Source: Deltaproteobacteria bacterium
GTDB lineage: Bacteria > UBA10199 > GCA-002796325 > JACPFF01
Direction: 5' to 3'
DNA: 64,000 nucleotides
Assembly: GCA_016210045.1 (NCBI GenBank)
Contig: JACQUX010000038.1
Coordinates: forward strand, 165,139 to 229,138
Shown piece by piece: positions 1 through 8,954 of the stretch; position 1 is the stretch's first letter, and every line of letters starts with the position of its first letter. A program made the translations under genes and the position numbers. The notes beneath the pieces were generated by a model. The model worked only from the letters and a program-made list of their open reading frames with translations. It ran no database searches and was not told the origin of the DNA.

Positions 1-668
1 TGAGGACCGGTCGCAAAGCGGATCGTCGGCGTGAGATGGAGTGTGAACCAACCGGCGAAGCCGGTTAACGTGGCGTTGCGCGTGATGCGAAACGTCGGAC
101 TGAACTGCCATGCGGTCGCACGGGCGGTGCGAAATGCACACACGGGGCTGGTTTGTGGATTTGCGATGAGCTGCGCAGCGGGAATGGCTTCGTCCCGGAG
201 CTGCCACGAGCGACGCCACGAGACAAACTCGGTCGGCGCGATCGTGAGCGCGCAGCCGTGCGGAATGATGCGTCCGCCGGGCTTCAGCCAGACGCGCCGA
301 GCCGTGCAGAGTAGCGGGAGGATGTTTTCATCGAATCCGAGCGAGCCGAGCGTCTCGGTCATAATGGCGTCGACGAGTTTCTTTGGCCGGACGGCTTGCG
401 CGAGGCCGGCGTAAAACGTGATCCGATCCGCGACGCCGCGCGCAGCGGCCTCGTGCCGTGCGAGCGCTAATGTGTGCGGCTCGACTTCGACCGCATGCAC
501 ATGCGCCGCGCCTGCGTCGAGCGCCAGAAATGCGAGCGCGCCAGTCCCGGTGCCGAGATCGGCCACGATATCGCCGGGCCGCACGATCGCGCGGATCGCG
601 CGCGTATAGGCTTGCATTCGGACGGTATCATCGAGCAGGATTTGATGCCGATGCTGCAATACTCTTTT
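1..668 (-). CDS. Class I SAM-dependent methyltransferase (PRMT-like), 3' portion; gene continues beyond window start
   Basis: Minus-strand translation gives ...HQILLDDTVRMQAYTRAIRAIVRPGDIVADLGTGTGALAFLALDAGAAHVHAVE..., containing the canonical SAM-binding motif I (DxGxGxG) and a PRMT-like pre-motif. The ORF track omits it because the ORF runs off the window. A GTG start would overlap the TGA stop of the upstream peptidase gene (GTGA); an alternative ATG start lies at 617. Confidence 0.65.
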
Positions 669-2005
669 CACGTCACAAATTCCTTCACCACATCATAAAG
701 CGTCCGCACGCCCCAGTGAAAGCCGTCGAGCGGGATCCGTTCGTCGTGGGCGTGTGCCAGCGCAACGACGTCAAAACCGCGCGGACAGCGCAGCGGCTGG
801 AAGCCGTAGGTCACGATGCCGAGCCGCTGATAGAAATGCGCATCGTCGAATCCGGTGATCATGAACGGCACGGCCCGCGCGCCCGGATCGGCCGCCGCGA
901 CGACGCGGGCAATGGTCGCAAAGAGCGGCGTGTCGCGCGGTTGCTCCAACGGCGCGCGATAGCGAATGACTTCGTACTCGTAACCGGGACCGAGCAGCAT
1001 TTGGAGCTCCGCCAAGAAATCGGCCTGTGTCTGTCCCGGGAGGATCCGACCGTCGACACTCAACTCCGCCTCCGACGGGATCACATTGACGGAATCGCCG
1101 CTGCCGGCCCGCAGACTGGTCGGGCATGCGGTGTTGTGGAGCGTGGCGAGTAGAAACGCGGTTTGTTGGTTCAGCGGCAATGCGCGTGCGCAATAGTCGC
1201 CGACGCCGCGAAGCGTGATGCCGCGCAGCCACCAACGTTGCGGTACCGGTGACGCCGCCGCGATGGCCTGCACAAAGTCGAGTGCGGCAGCGGTGCGATG
1301 GAGTGGTAAACGCCGCGTCGTTAAGCGGTGCAGCGCCTGTCCGAGACGGGCCACAGCCATATCGGCATGCGGTTTCGATCCATGGCCTGGCGTTCCGCGC
1401 GCGCGCACGTTCACCCAGACGATCCCTTTTTGTGCCACTTCGATCGGATACAGGCGTTGCGCGCCGATATGGAGCGTCATCCCGCCGACTTCATTCAACG
1501 CATACGCGGCACGGATCAGATCGGCGTGGTGTTCTACTAAATACGCGCTGCCGTACTGACAGCCCACTTCTTCGTCGGCCGTCGCGGCGAGAATCACGTC
1601 GCGTCGCACGCGGAGTCCGTGGCGCTTCAGCAGCAGCAGCGTCATCAGTTGGTAAATCGTCATCGACTTCATGTCGAGCGCGCCGCGGCCCCAAATATAT
1701 CCGTCCGCGAGCACGCCGTCGAACGGCGGATGGGTCCAATGCGCTGCCTCGGCGGGGACGACATCGACGTGCGAAGAGAGCAGCAGCGGGCCGTCCGTGC
1801 CGCCGGTCGTGTAGCGGCAGACCACGTTGGCACGACCGGGTGCGGGCTCGATGAGCTGCGGCGAGAATCCCTCGCGGGCCAATATTGCGGCCAGCCAGCG
1901 GGCCGCCGCGAGCTCATTCCCCGGCGGATTCGTAGTGTCGATCCGGAGCAGCTGTTGCAAATAGCCGGTCGCCTCGGCAGAGACTGAGTCCCACGCGATG
2001 TTCAT
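668..2005 (-). CDS. M20 family metallopeptidase (ArgE/DapE/CPG2-like)
   Basis: 445 aa ORF with SSHVDVVP, GRGALDMK and ATADEEVG motifs typical of M20 dinuclear-zinc peptidases/deacylases. Its start overlaps the stop of the thioesterase gene (ATGA). Confidence 0.8.
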   Translation of the reverse strand: MNIAWDSVSAEATGYLQQLLRIDTTNPPGNELAAARWLAAILAREGFSPQLIEPAPGRANVVCRYTTGGTDGPLLLSSHVDVVPAEAAHWTHPPFDGVLADGYIWGRGALDMKSMTIYQLMTLLLLKRHGLRVRRDVILAATADEEVGCQYGSAYLVEHHADLIRAAYALNEVGGMTLHIGAQRLYPIEVAQKGIVWVNVRARGTPGHGSKPHADMAVARLGQALHRLTTRRLPLHRTAAALDFVQAIAAASPVPQRWWLRGITLRGVGDYCARALPLNQQTAFLLATLHNTACPTSLRAGSGDSVNVIPSEAELSVDGRILPGQTQADFLAELQMLLGPGYEYEVIRYRAPLEQPRDTPLFATIARVVAAADPGARAVPFMITGFDDAHFYQRLGIVTYGFQPLRCPRGFDVVALAHAHDERIPLDGFHWGVRTLYDVVKEFVT

Positions 2006-2502
2006 GAACGATGTTTCTTGATGAAGTCGAGCCGCGCTTGGCGCCGTGCCTCGGCTCGACGGTAGCGCGCTTTATCTTCCGTTGCCTCGACGATCAAGCG
2101 CGGCACCGCGGCGGGCCGGCCTAAGTCATCCAGCGCGACCATGGTGAAATACGCACTCCCGACCTTATGGACGCGACCGGCCTTCAAGTCTTCCGCCTCG
2201 ACTAACACGCCGACTTCCATCGAGGTCGTACCGACATAATTGACTTGCGATTTGAGGATCAATACGTCGCCGATCCGCACCGGATGCAGAAAATTTTGTT
2301 GATCCACGCCGGCGGTGACGACGTTGCAGCGCGCCAGTCGCATTGCCGAGACGAACGCGGCTTCGTCGACCAACTTCATGATCTCGCCGCCGTGCACGTA
2401 TCCGTAAATGTTCGCTTGCGGCGGCTGCATGACTTTCATCATCGTATTTCGCGTGGCCCGAACGGGGATTCCTTCCAACTTCGCTAAGCGGCTTGTTTTC
2501 AT
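2002..2502 (-). CDS. Acyl-CoA thioesterase, hotdog fold (YciA-like)
   Basis: Residues ...TMMKVMQPPQANIYGYVHGGEIMKLVDEAAFVSA...VDQQNFLHPVRIGDV... align with YciA-type thioesterases. The ORF-track start at 2586 is probably an N-terminal over-extension, so I chose the ATG at 2502 (MKTSRLAKLEG...). Confidence 0.7.
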   Translation of the reverse strand: MKTSRLAKLEGIPVRATRNTMMKVMQPPQANIYGYVHGGEIMKLVDEAAFVSAMRLARCNVVTAGVDQQNFLHPVRIGDVLILKSQVNYVGTTSMEVGVLVEAEDLKAGRVHKVGSAYFTMVALDDLGRPAAVPRLIVEATEDKARYRRAEARRQARLDFIKKHRS

Positions 2503-2706
2503 AGCGTGCTCGCTCCTTATGCAACTCGTCTCCGGACTGCAAGGCGAATCCCCCGGGACAGGGCACGTATAGATAAGAGACGTCATCCTGAGCCGAAAGG
2601 CGAAGGATCCAGTGGGTTTTGTGGGATTCTGCGCCGCACTCAGAATGACAAATATGCGCGGGACATGACACGAAAAAAATGGAGCACGAATCTGATTTCA
2701 GTGCCG

Positions 2707-4446
2707 CTACGCAGCGGGTTCTTGGGCTGGGGCCGGCTCTGTCGGGGCCTCGGCCTCAGCTGCTGCCTTGGCCGCCGCAGCGGCTGCGGCGATGCTGTCG
2801 TAGTCGCGGAGCGCGGCGCCCACTAATGTCGGATTTTCTGATTCCAGCGCGACCAACGCCGCGCGATAGCGCCCTTCCGCGTGCCACGGTGTGCGGAGGA
2901 CAGCGATGCTGCTGAGTCCCAACAACATCTGCTGTGCGTTGGCGAAGGCCGTCGGCTGTGTTGCGGCCAACTCGCGCTGCGCGGTCAGCAACGGCACGAC
3001 GACGGCGTCGAAAAATGCGGACAAGCGGTCGGGGCGTGTCTCGATCTCGGCGATCTCTTCCTCGATGGCCGCGCGCTGTTCGGCAACGGCGAGCACGAGT
3101 GTATCGGGATCCCGAGCGACGAAGAGGCCAACGAGGCGAAGAAACGCGGCTCTCTCTGTTTCACCCATTGTGTTCAGTGCGGCGAGTGCCGCTTGGCGGT
3201 CCAATACGAGAGTGCGTTGTGCGCGAAGGATTTCCAATTGTGCGGTGTCGCGGGCCTGCTCTTCGCCCAAGTGTAGCAAATATACGCCGCTGCTGGCCCC
3301 TCCACGGGCGTAAAAGGTTACATCCGCATTGCCGAGCTCAGCGTAGCGCAACCATGCCGGGAGTGGTGTTTCGAGATACGGCGCATCTATGTTGAGTCGC
3401 ACGCAGCTCGCGGCATCAGCGCTGGTCTTGACGTGGGCGATGACGTGCTCCAGTCGTGCATTGCACAGCGCCTTCACGCGCGCCAAGGCCGCTTGTACCG
3501 CGGCGAGATACGATTCGCGATCCGCCTCGAGCACGCGCTGCGCCTCGGGCGTCAAGAATCGCAGTTTTCCTGCAATAATTTGGTAGGCCTCGCGGAGCCT
3601 TCCCAAGATTGCGACGTCCACGTCCGGGTCCGTCGATGCCGCGTCACCCAACTGGTCAAGCCGCTCCAGGCCTTGCAGGCCGCGTGCAAAGAAGTGGAGC
3701 GCAATCTCCTGCGGCCTTTTTTCATTGGCCGCGCCGTGTGCGTAACATGTTGCCGCGACAAAAGCGTCGCCAAGGAATTTCACTGCGGACGTTGGTTCCT
3801 CCAACAAAACCGCCAGCCGGGCGCCGAGCTCCATCACGTCGATCACTGCCGGTCCTTTGGATTTTTTATCATCCTGCACGAACCACATGGCGCTGCGAAC
3901 CGCGTCGGTATCTGCGTCGCTTAGTGGCAAGCCGGCGTTCTCCAAGCGATCCGCCAGACGCTGTGCGTTGGCGAGCGTGGCATTCACCGCGCTGCCGCGA
4001 TGCCTTGCCCGATAATGTTCGGCGACCACGGCCGGAACCTCAGCCGCCGTGGCATACTGTCCCGGCGAGAGACGTCGTGCGATGGCTTGCTGCCATCCGG
4101 GGAGTGCCGCGAAGGTCTCGCGCGGCATCCAGACCAAGCGGCGATAGAGTTGGACCGCCTTGAGTGCGCCCAACGAAGCTCCGAGACTGAGCACCGCCAG
4201 TGTAATGCCTCCGACCGTCGCGGTTGTGGCCACGACGTCGGTCGGTTCTCCGTTGCCTCCTTCCCCGAGCTTCGTCGAGAAGACGCCGAGCGGTCCCATC
4301 GGCAATGCGGCCATGCCGAATGTGGCCCGTTCCAATCCCTCTTTGACTCGCGCTCCAAGCGTGCGGCGTTGCGCCAGCGCTATTGCCTCGCCCGTGGGAT
4401 GTGAAATCGCTGTGGTCGTCCGACGCCTCAGTTGCACACGCTGCAT
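2707..4446 (-). CDS. Hypothetical single-pass membrane protein with a large Ala/Leu/Arg-rich helical domain
   Basis: 579 aa ORF with one hydrophobic segment (VGGITLAVLSLGASLGAL) near the N-terminus. A GAGGAG Shine-Dalgarno lies 5 nt upstream of the ATG, which sits 17 nt after the TAA stop of the Hint-domain gene. I recognise no family. Confidence 0.55.
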   Translation of the reverse strand: MQRVQLRRRTTTAISHPTGEAIALAQRRTLGARVKEGLERATFGMAALPMGPLGVFSTKLGEGGNGEPTDVVATTATVGGITLAVLSLGASLGALKAVQLYRRLVWMPRETFAALPGWQQAIARRLSPGQYATAAEVPAVVAEHYRARHRGSAVNATLANAQRLADRLENAGLPLSDADTDAVRSAMWFVQDDKKSKGPAVIDVMELGARLAVLLEEPTSAVKFLGDAFVAATCYAHGAANEKRPQEIALHFFARGLQGLERLDQLGDAASTDPDVDVAILGRLREAYQIIAGKLRFLTPEAQRVLEADRESYLAAVQAALARVKALCNARLEHVIAHVKTSADAASCVRLNIDAPYLETPLPAWLRYAELGNADVTFYARGGASSGVYLLHLGEEQARDTAQLEILRAQRTLVLDRQAALAALNTMGETERAAFLRLVGLFVARDPDTLVLAVAEQRAAIEEEIAEIETRPDRLSAFFDAVVVPLLTAQRELAATQPTAFANAQQMLLGLSSIAVLRTPWHAEGRYRAALVALESENPTLVGAALRDYDSIAAAAAAAKAAAEAEAPTEPAPAQEPAA

Positions 4447-4462
4447 AGTGACTCCTCGATCA

Positions 4463-5935
4463 TTACAATTTCATGTTATGGGCCACGAACCAATGTTGCC
4501 CGCCGTCGGATGACACCAAATAGTTATGGATCGCTCCAGTCCCGAAGCCGAGATTGAAGAGTGCGAACGTCCCTTCCATGCTCATCGAGCCCGCCATCGA
4601 CAGCGCATAGGCCGATCCGTCCGGATTGATGAGCGTATCGCCTTCCTGCAATGCGCCCGCGTGGATCCAGCGTTCCGTGCCGTGGCGTTGTACGCGCAAT
4701 CGATGGATCGACGTCGTCTCGAGCGTGCCGAGTGCGCCGTTCGCGTCGGTCACGGCGAGCGAGAGCAGATCGGACGGAACGACGCCGTGCTGCATCAGTT
4801 GGCGCGGCGTCTGATACACGACGGCGCGCGTGTCCGGATCGAATCCCGCTACGGCCGGCAGTGGCTGTCCCGCAGCCTCCAACGCGGCGAGTGCGGCAAA
4901 CGAAATCGTGCCGCCGTCCGCCGTGCGCAGCACCGCGCGTTCGGTGAAACAGCCGCCGTAGCCCTTGTTGCAACTCCCGACGTCGAAGCTGACTTCCGTG
5001 TCGGGATAGATGCCAAACAGCCACGCGGCGTCGTTGAATTCGACGTCGATCGTGCCTTCACCCTCGCACGCCGCCCAGTCGCCATCGCTCTGCTGTGTGC
5101 GGCATTCAATGGTCTCGACAGACGCGAGGATCTCTGCCGTCTCAGTCCACTGGGTCGCAGCCGCAGCGGCCAGCGGCCGTAGGGCCTCCGGTACACCGAG
5201 CGCGAAGTACGTCATTTGTTTGATCTCGTCGCACCCCTGGCCCAACACCAAATCGCCCGGATCGCGCAATCCGCCTAAGCGCACATAAATGGACAGCCCG
5301 CGCGCGGAGAGATCGGCCAAATAGTCTTTCGTGATGGCCGGGGCCTGCGCGTACGGATGGCTCGCGGGATAATAACCGCGCGGATCGATCCCGCTGCGCA
5401 CCGAATGATCGAATGTGGCTTGGTCGACTTGCAGGACGTCTGCATCGCCGTCGCCCGGAACGCTGTTGAGGACCCACTTTCTTGCATACTCGCTGACCCG
5501 TGCGACCTCCAGAGACCAATCGAGCAACTCGGTGACCGCGCGCTGTTGCCCGATTGTGATGGGTCCGCCAGTGAGCGGTACAGCCGCGTAGCCGATCAGT
5601 CCGCGCAGATGGGCGCGATCGAATCGTTGCGGTGTCTCGGACGGCGTGGGAAGCAGGAAGTCGTCTTCACTGAGCATGCTGAACGGCGACACACGATCGA
5701 AGCGTTTGAGGATCGCGACGGCCTCGGGCGAGCAAAATATCGCGCTGGCGCTGCGTGAGATGGAGGTGAACGCGTCGACCGCCTCGCCACTGCCGGTCAT
5801 ATCCCAAATGGGATGTACTGCAGCACGGATGCACGGTGTCGGCGCCGCGGCCGTCGCCGCATTTGCCGTCGTTCCTTCCACTTCATATCCCGTCACCAGT
5901 TGCGCCAACGCTGTCCCGAGTCCAATTCCAACCAT
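4463..5935 (-). CDS. Protein with C-terminal Hint (Hedgehog/intein-like, bacterial intein-like BIL) domain; N-terminal region of unknown function
   Basis: The C-terminal ~160 aa run CFTERAVLRTADGGTISFAALAALEAAG...TSIHRLRV...WIHAGALQEGDTLINPDGS...FVAHN, then MKL and stop. That gives the Cys1 block A, the TxxH block B and the terminal HN of Hint/intein domains. I placed the start at ATG 5935 because a GGAGG Shine-Dalgarno lies 5 nt upstream. The ORF-track GTG start at 5983 would lie inside the conserved promoter-like motif. Confidence 0.6.
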   Translation of the reverse strand: MVGIGLGTALAQLVTGYEVEGTTANAATAAAPTPCIRAAVHPIWDMTGSGEAVDAFTSISRSASAIFCSPEAVAILKRFDRVSPFSMLSEDDFLLPTPSETPQRFDRAHLRGLIGYAAVPLTGGPITIGQQRAVTELLDWSLEVARVSEYARKWVLNSVPGDGDADVLQVDQATFDHSVRSGIDPRGYYPASHPYAQAPAITKDYLADLSARGLSIYVRLGGLRDPGDLVLGQGCDEIKQMTYFALGVPEALRPLAAAAATQWTETAEILASVETIECRTQQSDGDWAACEGEGTIDVEFNDAAWLFGIYPDTEVSFDVGSCNKGYGGCFTERAVLRTADGGTISFAALAALEAAGQPLPAVAGFDPDTRAVVYQTPRQLMQHGVVPSDLLSLAVTDANGALGTLETTSIHRLRVQRHGTERWIHAGALQEGDTLINPDGSAYALSMAGSMSMEGTFALFNLGFGTGAIHNYLVSSDGGQHWFVAHNMKL

Positions 5936-5968
5936 AAGTGCCTCCGCATGGGTTCCGTACTGTTCGCT

Positions 5969-5997
5969 GTATATCGGCGTCACGAAAAAAGAGTTGC
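5969..5997 (-). promoter_or_regulatory. ECF-sigma-type promoter motif, copy A (GCAAC-N16-CGATATAC) upstream of the Hint-domain gene
   Basis: On the coding strand the sequence is AGCAACtcttttttcgtgacgcCGATATACagcg, lying 34-62 nt upstream of ATG 5935. The same architecture is found at 8402-8430 and 14529-14558. Confidence 0.5.
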
Positions 5998-6145
5998 TAA
6001 GAAAATGCCTGGCCGTTTCCGGGAGTCATTAGGGAACTCATGCCTGGCTTGAATACTCCGCAATCGACCCGCAGGGCTAGCGCCACGGGCGCGCTGATGG
6101 GGAGGCTCCAAATCCGCGAACGAGGACACGCGCACGCCGTCGTGC

Positions 6146-8380
6146 TTATGGCATGTTGCCTGCCGGGGGTGGGGGACAGTCTGGCATGTGCGGTTCCGCC
6201 GGGATATCGGCGGCGCAACGGAAGCCGATGAACTTGGAGCGCTGCGCGGGGTGCCACCGGCGGTCGGTGACATCGCGGATATCCGGGACCGTTTGATCGA
6301 CGGCGATCGCGTCGTCACACTCATTCAGCGGATCGGAGTCTGGATTGATATGATACGCATTGCCAACTACGACGGGTAGTCTGTCTCCGTCGAGTTCCGC
6401 GGTCAGTTCATAGACCGGACCGACCAGGTCGTGGATCCCCAACGGATTGGCCGGTGCGGTGGCGACGGACAACGGCCGCTTGGTGCCGATCGCCATTTCG
6501 TCGGCGCGTAGTTCGCCGCTGCGGGTGCCGAACTGGTTGTTCCCGCCGGCGGTCGCCAGATATTGCCATTCGGCTAGTGTGAGGAGCCGTTTGCCGGCGG
6601 AAAAGGCGAAGAAGAGGGCCTCCCAGAGGGTCACTTTGACGACCGGCTGATTGGGAGCGCCATGAGATTGGGGCAGCCGCCGTTGCGTGGCGACGGGGAC
6701 AATTCGCTCCACCTGCATCGCGTACGCATGGAAACGATGCTCGCTGCGATTCTGCCGAATCCACGCCTCCGCGTCGTTTTCGTTGCGGAAGCCGCCGACC
6801 AGCACGGAGTAGCGCCCGTCGATCTGACCGAAGACCGCGAAGGGCCTCGTGGCATAACGGCCGCAATGGGCATCGAAGGCCTCGTTCGTGACCACATGGG
6901 GATCACAGTAGAAGGGCGCGATGGCGACCACATGGAGGCTGCCGTCAACACCGCGGCTCGTGAAGCCCGTCATTCCCGCCACTTTGACCATTCCGATGAA
7001 ATCCCCGGTGCCATATTCCATGACCGTGTTCGGCGCGGCCAGTTGCAGCGGGTTCGGTGAGGGCGCGAAAGGCGTGCGCCGCACACGTGGAGCGGCCTTC
7101 CCAACCGCGCGCTGGGCTGCGGCCTTGGCCTGTCGTTCTTCCTGTGCCCGTGCAGTGCGCAACGTGTCGATTGCGGCCATCACCAACGCGCGCCGTTGCC
7201 GACGGCGGATCTGCCACCAGTGCGCCGATTCCGGCAGTAGATCCAACAGGGCCGCGAGGGCGGGGACCGCGTCGGTGGCGGCCAGAGTCGAGACATGGCG
7301 CACCGCGGCGGCGACTGTGGACCATCGGTTACGCACGGTGCCGGCGTCGAGGCCCCGCAGGAAGGCCACTTGATGTTGGGTCGTGACCTGCTGCTCCGCT
7401 TGGCGGATTAATTGGGCCTGCTCGCCGGCGCTGCGTTGATCGCGGCCGGCCAAACGGCGGAGATTGACGAGGGCAATCTGCTGGCCCTGCGTGAGGAGTC
7501 CAAATACGGTGAAGGGCTCATCGACCACGGTCCGACGAGTGGCTTCATCCAGTCCATAGAGGATCTCGCGGACGGCCAGTTCGCGCTCACGATCGGGCAG
7601 GACCTCCAACAGCGTAATCGAGAGGATGTAGAGCAGTAGATCGCTGGCGGCATTCAACTGGTGGGTGGGGTACTCCACGACGGTGTGGACCAGTCGGGAG
7701 ACCAGCCCGCGCAACAGGTCGCGCACAAATTCATACCGGCCGTCGACGGCGCGGATCACGTCGCCGCAATCGACGGCCAACATCTGACAGAATTGTTGCC
7801 ATGGCAGTTCGTCGCCCGCAAAGCGTTCCGGAAAGTCGCGCGGAAACATCATACGCAGGATGACCTCGCTTCGGTCCTCGGCCGCGGCGAGGTTCACGAC
7901 TCGACGCAAGTGATCGAAGTCCAGCAGGGAGCGCTCGGCAATCCATAACAGGCCATGATGGGGCGCGGCCGCCACCGGGCCCGAGGCCGTGGTCGCTAAA
8001 GCGGTTGACGGGCTGGTGGCATCAGTGACCGGGACTGCAGTCTCATTCGCGACAGCAGGTTCAGCGCTGGTCGGTGTAGGTGGCTGGGTCTCTCCGCTCA
8101 TACTGAAATGCGGCACTGCGGCGAAGCGAGTGCTGGCGGGTTCGGACGGTGACAGCGCGTGTGCAAAGGTTACTGGTCGATCCGGGACATGCGAAAAGGT
8201 GTCGCCGTTGGCACAGCGGAGGAGTGGCGCAGTGGCTGCATCCGGAGCGATCGGGTGGTGAGGCCGATGGGGAGCGGTCGGTGGTTGTGTTCGCGTCCGT
8301 AACGAAGGCCGAGTGGTCGCGCTAGTCCGCCCCCCCCCGTCTCCCCAGCGTCGCATGTGTGTCGTGCGTCTCCAACTCAT
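6146..8380 (-). CDS. Protein with unknown N-terminal region and C-terminal FGE/SUMF1-type (formylglycine-generating enzyme family) domain
   Basis: The C-terminal ~300 aa contain MVKVAGMTGFTSRGVDGSLHVVAIAPFYCDPHVVTNEAFDAHCG, ...VTLWEALFFAFSAGKRLLTLAEWQYLATAG..., ...NPLGIHDLVGPVYELTAE... and ...SKFIGFRCA, the hallmark blocks of FGE-sulfatase domains. The N-terminal ~430 aa are helical with no recognisable family. An RBS (GAGGAGAG) precedes the ATG at 8380. Confidence 0.65.
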   Translation of the reverse strand: MSWRRTTHMRRWGDGGGRTSATTRPSLRTRTQPPTAPHRPHHPIAPDAATAPLLRCANGDTFSHVPDRPVTFAHALSPSEPASTRFAAVPHFSMSGETQPPTPTSAEPAVANETAVPVTDATSPSTALATTASGPVAAAPHHGLLWIAERSLLDFDHLRRVVNLAAAEDRSEVILRMMFPRDFPERFAGDELPWQQFCQMLAVDCGDVIRAVDGRYEFVRDLLRGLVSRLVHTVVEYPTHQLNAASDLLLYILSITLLEVLPDRERELAVREILYGLDEATRRTVVDEPFTVFGLLTQGQQIALVNLRRLAGRDQRSAGEQAQLIRQAEQQVTTQHQVAFLRGLDAGTVRNRWSTVAAAVRHVSTLAATDAVPALAALLDLLPESAHWWQIRRRQRRALVMAAIDTLRTARAQEERQAKAAAQRAVGKAAPRVRRTPFAPSPNPLQLAAPNTVMEYGTGDFIGMVKVAGMTGFTSRGVDGSLHVVAIAPFYCDPHVVTNEAFDAHCGRYATRPFAVFGQIDGRYSVLVGGFRNENDAEAWIRQNRSEHRFHAYAMQVERIVPVATQRRLPQSHGAPNQPVVKVTLWEALFFAFSAGKRLLTLAEWQYLATAGGNNQFGTRSGELRADEMAIGTKRPLSVATAPANPLGIHDLVGPVYELTAELDGDRLPVVVGNAYHINPDSDPLNECDDAIAVDQTVPDIRDVTDRRWHPAQRSKFIGFRCAADIPAEPHMPDCPPPPAGNMP

Positions 8381-8401
8381 AACGTGGCTCTCCTCTTGTT
8401 C

Positions 8402-8430
8402 CGTGTATATCGGCCCTGCGAAAAAAAAGT
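8402..8430 (-). promoter_or_regulatory. ECF-sigma-type promoter motif, copy B (GCAAC-N16-CGATATAC) upstream of the FGE-domain gene
   Basis: On the coding strand the sequence is CCAGCAACttttttttcgcagggcCGATATACacgg, then ~20 nt containing GAGGAG, then ATG 8380. Confidence 0.5.
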
Positions 8431-8465
8431 TGCTGGATCAATGTGGGTAACTGGGAAACGTGCGT

Positions 8466-8930
8466 TTACGCCATCCACCCGCGCACCAGTGTGGCGAGCG
8501 CGTCCGGGGTGGGGTAGGTCCAGGGCCACACGCTCATCTGGTGCGCGAGCGTGCCGTCCGGTGTCACGAGCGCGACGCCGCGTTTGGGTCTCAGCCAGGA
8601 AGAAAGGCCGAGCGCGCGGAGCAGCACGGCCTGAGGATCGGCGATCAAGTCGAATGGCAGTCGATGCGTCTCGCGAAACTTCGTGTGTTGCTCCACAGTG
8701 CCGGTATTGATTCCCCACCACAGGCACGGCACGGCCTGCAGTGCCGCCCACATGTCGCGATAGGTGCAGAATTGTTTGGTGCATACCGGCGAGAAGTCGC
8801 CCGGATATGACAGAAACACCGTGTTCCGATCTGCGGCCAATATAGCCCGCACCGCTAACGCGCCACGTGTGGTTTCGAACGTCTGATCCAATATGTCCTG
8901 CAACGGAGCCACTGCTTGCGCCTTTCGCAC
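8466..8930 (-). CDS. bcp: Thioredoxin-dependent peroxiredoxin (Bcp/AhpC-TSA family)
   Basis: Contains ...VFLSYPGDFSPVCTKQFC..., which matches the peroxiredoxin FTPVCT active-site motif with peroxidatic Cys. The length of 154 aa fits. Confidence 0.8.
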   Translation of the reverse strand: MRKAQAVAPLQDILDQTFETTRGALAVRAILAADRNTVFLSYPGDFSPVCTKQFCTYRDMWAALQAVPCLWWGINTGTVEQHTKFRETHRLPFDLIADPQAVLLRALGLSSWLRPKRGVALVTPDGTLAHQMSVWPWTYPTPDALATLVRGWMA

Positions 8931-8954
8931 ATTCTACGCTAAGGCGAAAGTCCC

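Noticed and set aside
418-1235. Plus-strand and alternative-frame ORFs (418-609, 458-1153, 771-1235 etc.) overlapping the methyltransferase and peptidase genes
   Set aside because: These are Arg/Ala/Pro-rich translations typical of antisense or out-of-frame high-GC DNA. The homology-supported genes lie on the minus strand. The same applies to the dozens of similar overlapping ORFs throughout the track, for example 9124-9756, 10294-10695, 27930-28517, 35864-36685, 38924-40435, 39963-41063, 45396-46055, 56683-57513 and 60921-61934.
5936-5983. ORF-track start (GTG at 5983) for the Hint-domain gene
   Set aside because: The GTG lies inside the conserved promoter-like motif. An in-frame ATG at 5935 is preceded by GGAGG with 5 nt spacing, so I use that ATG as the start.
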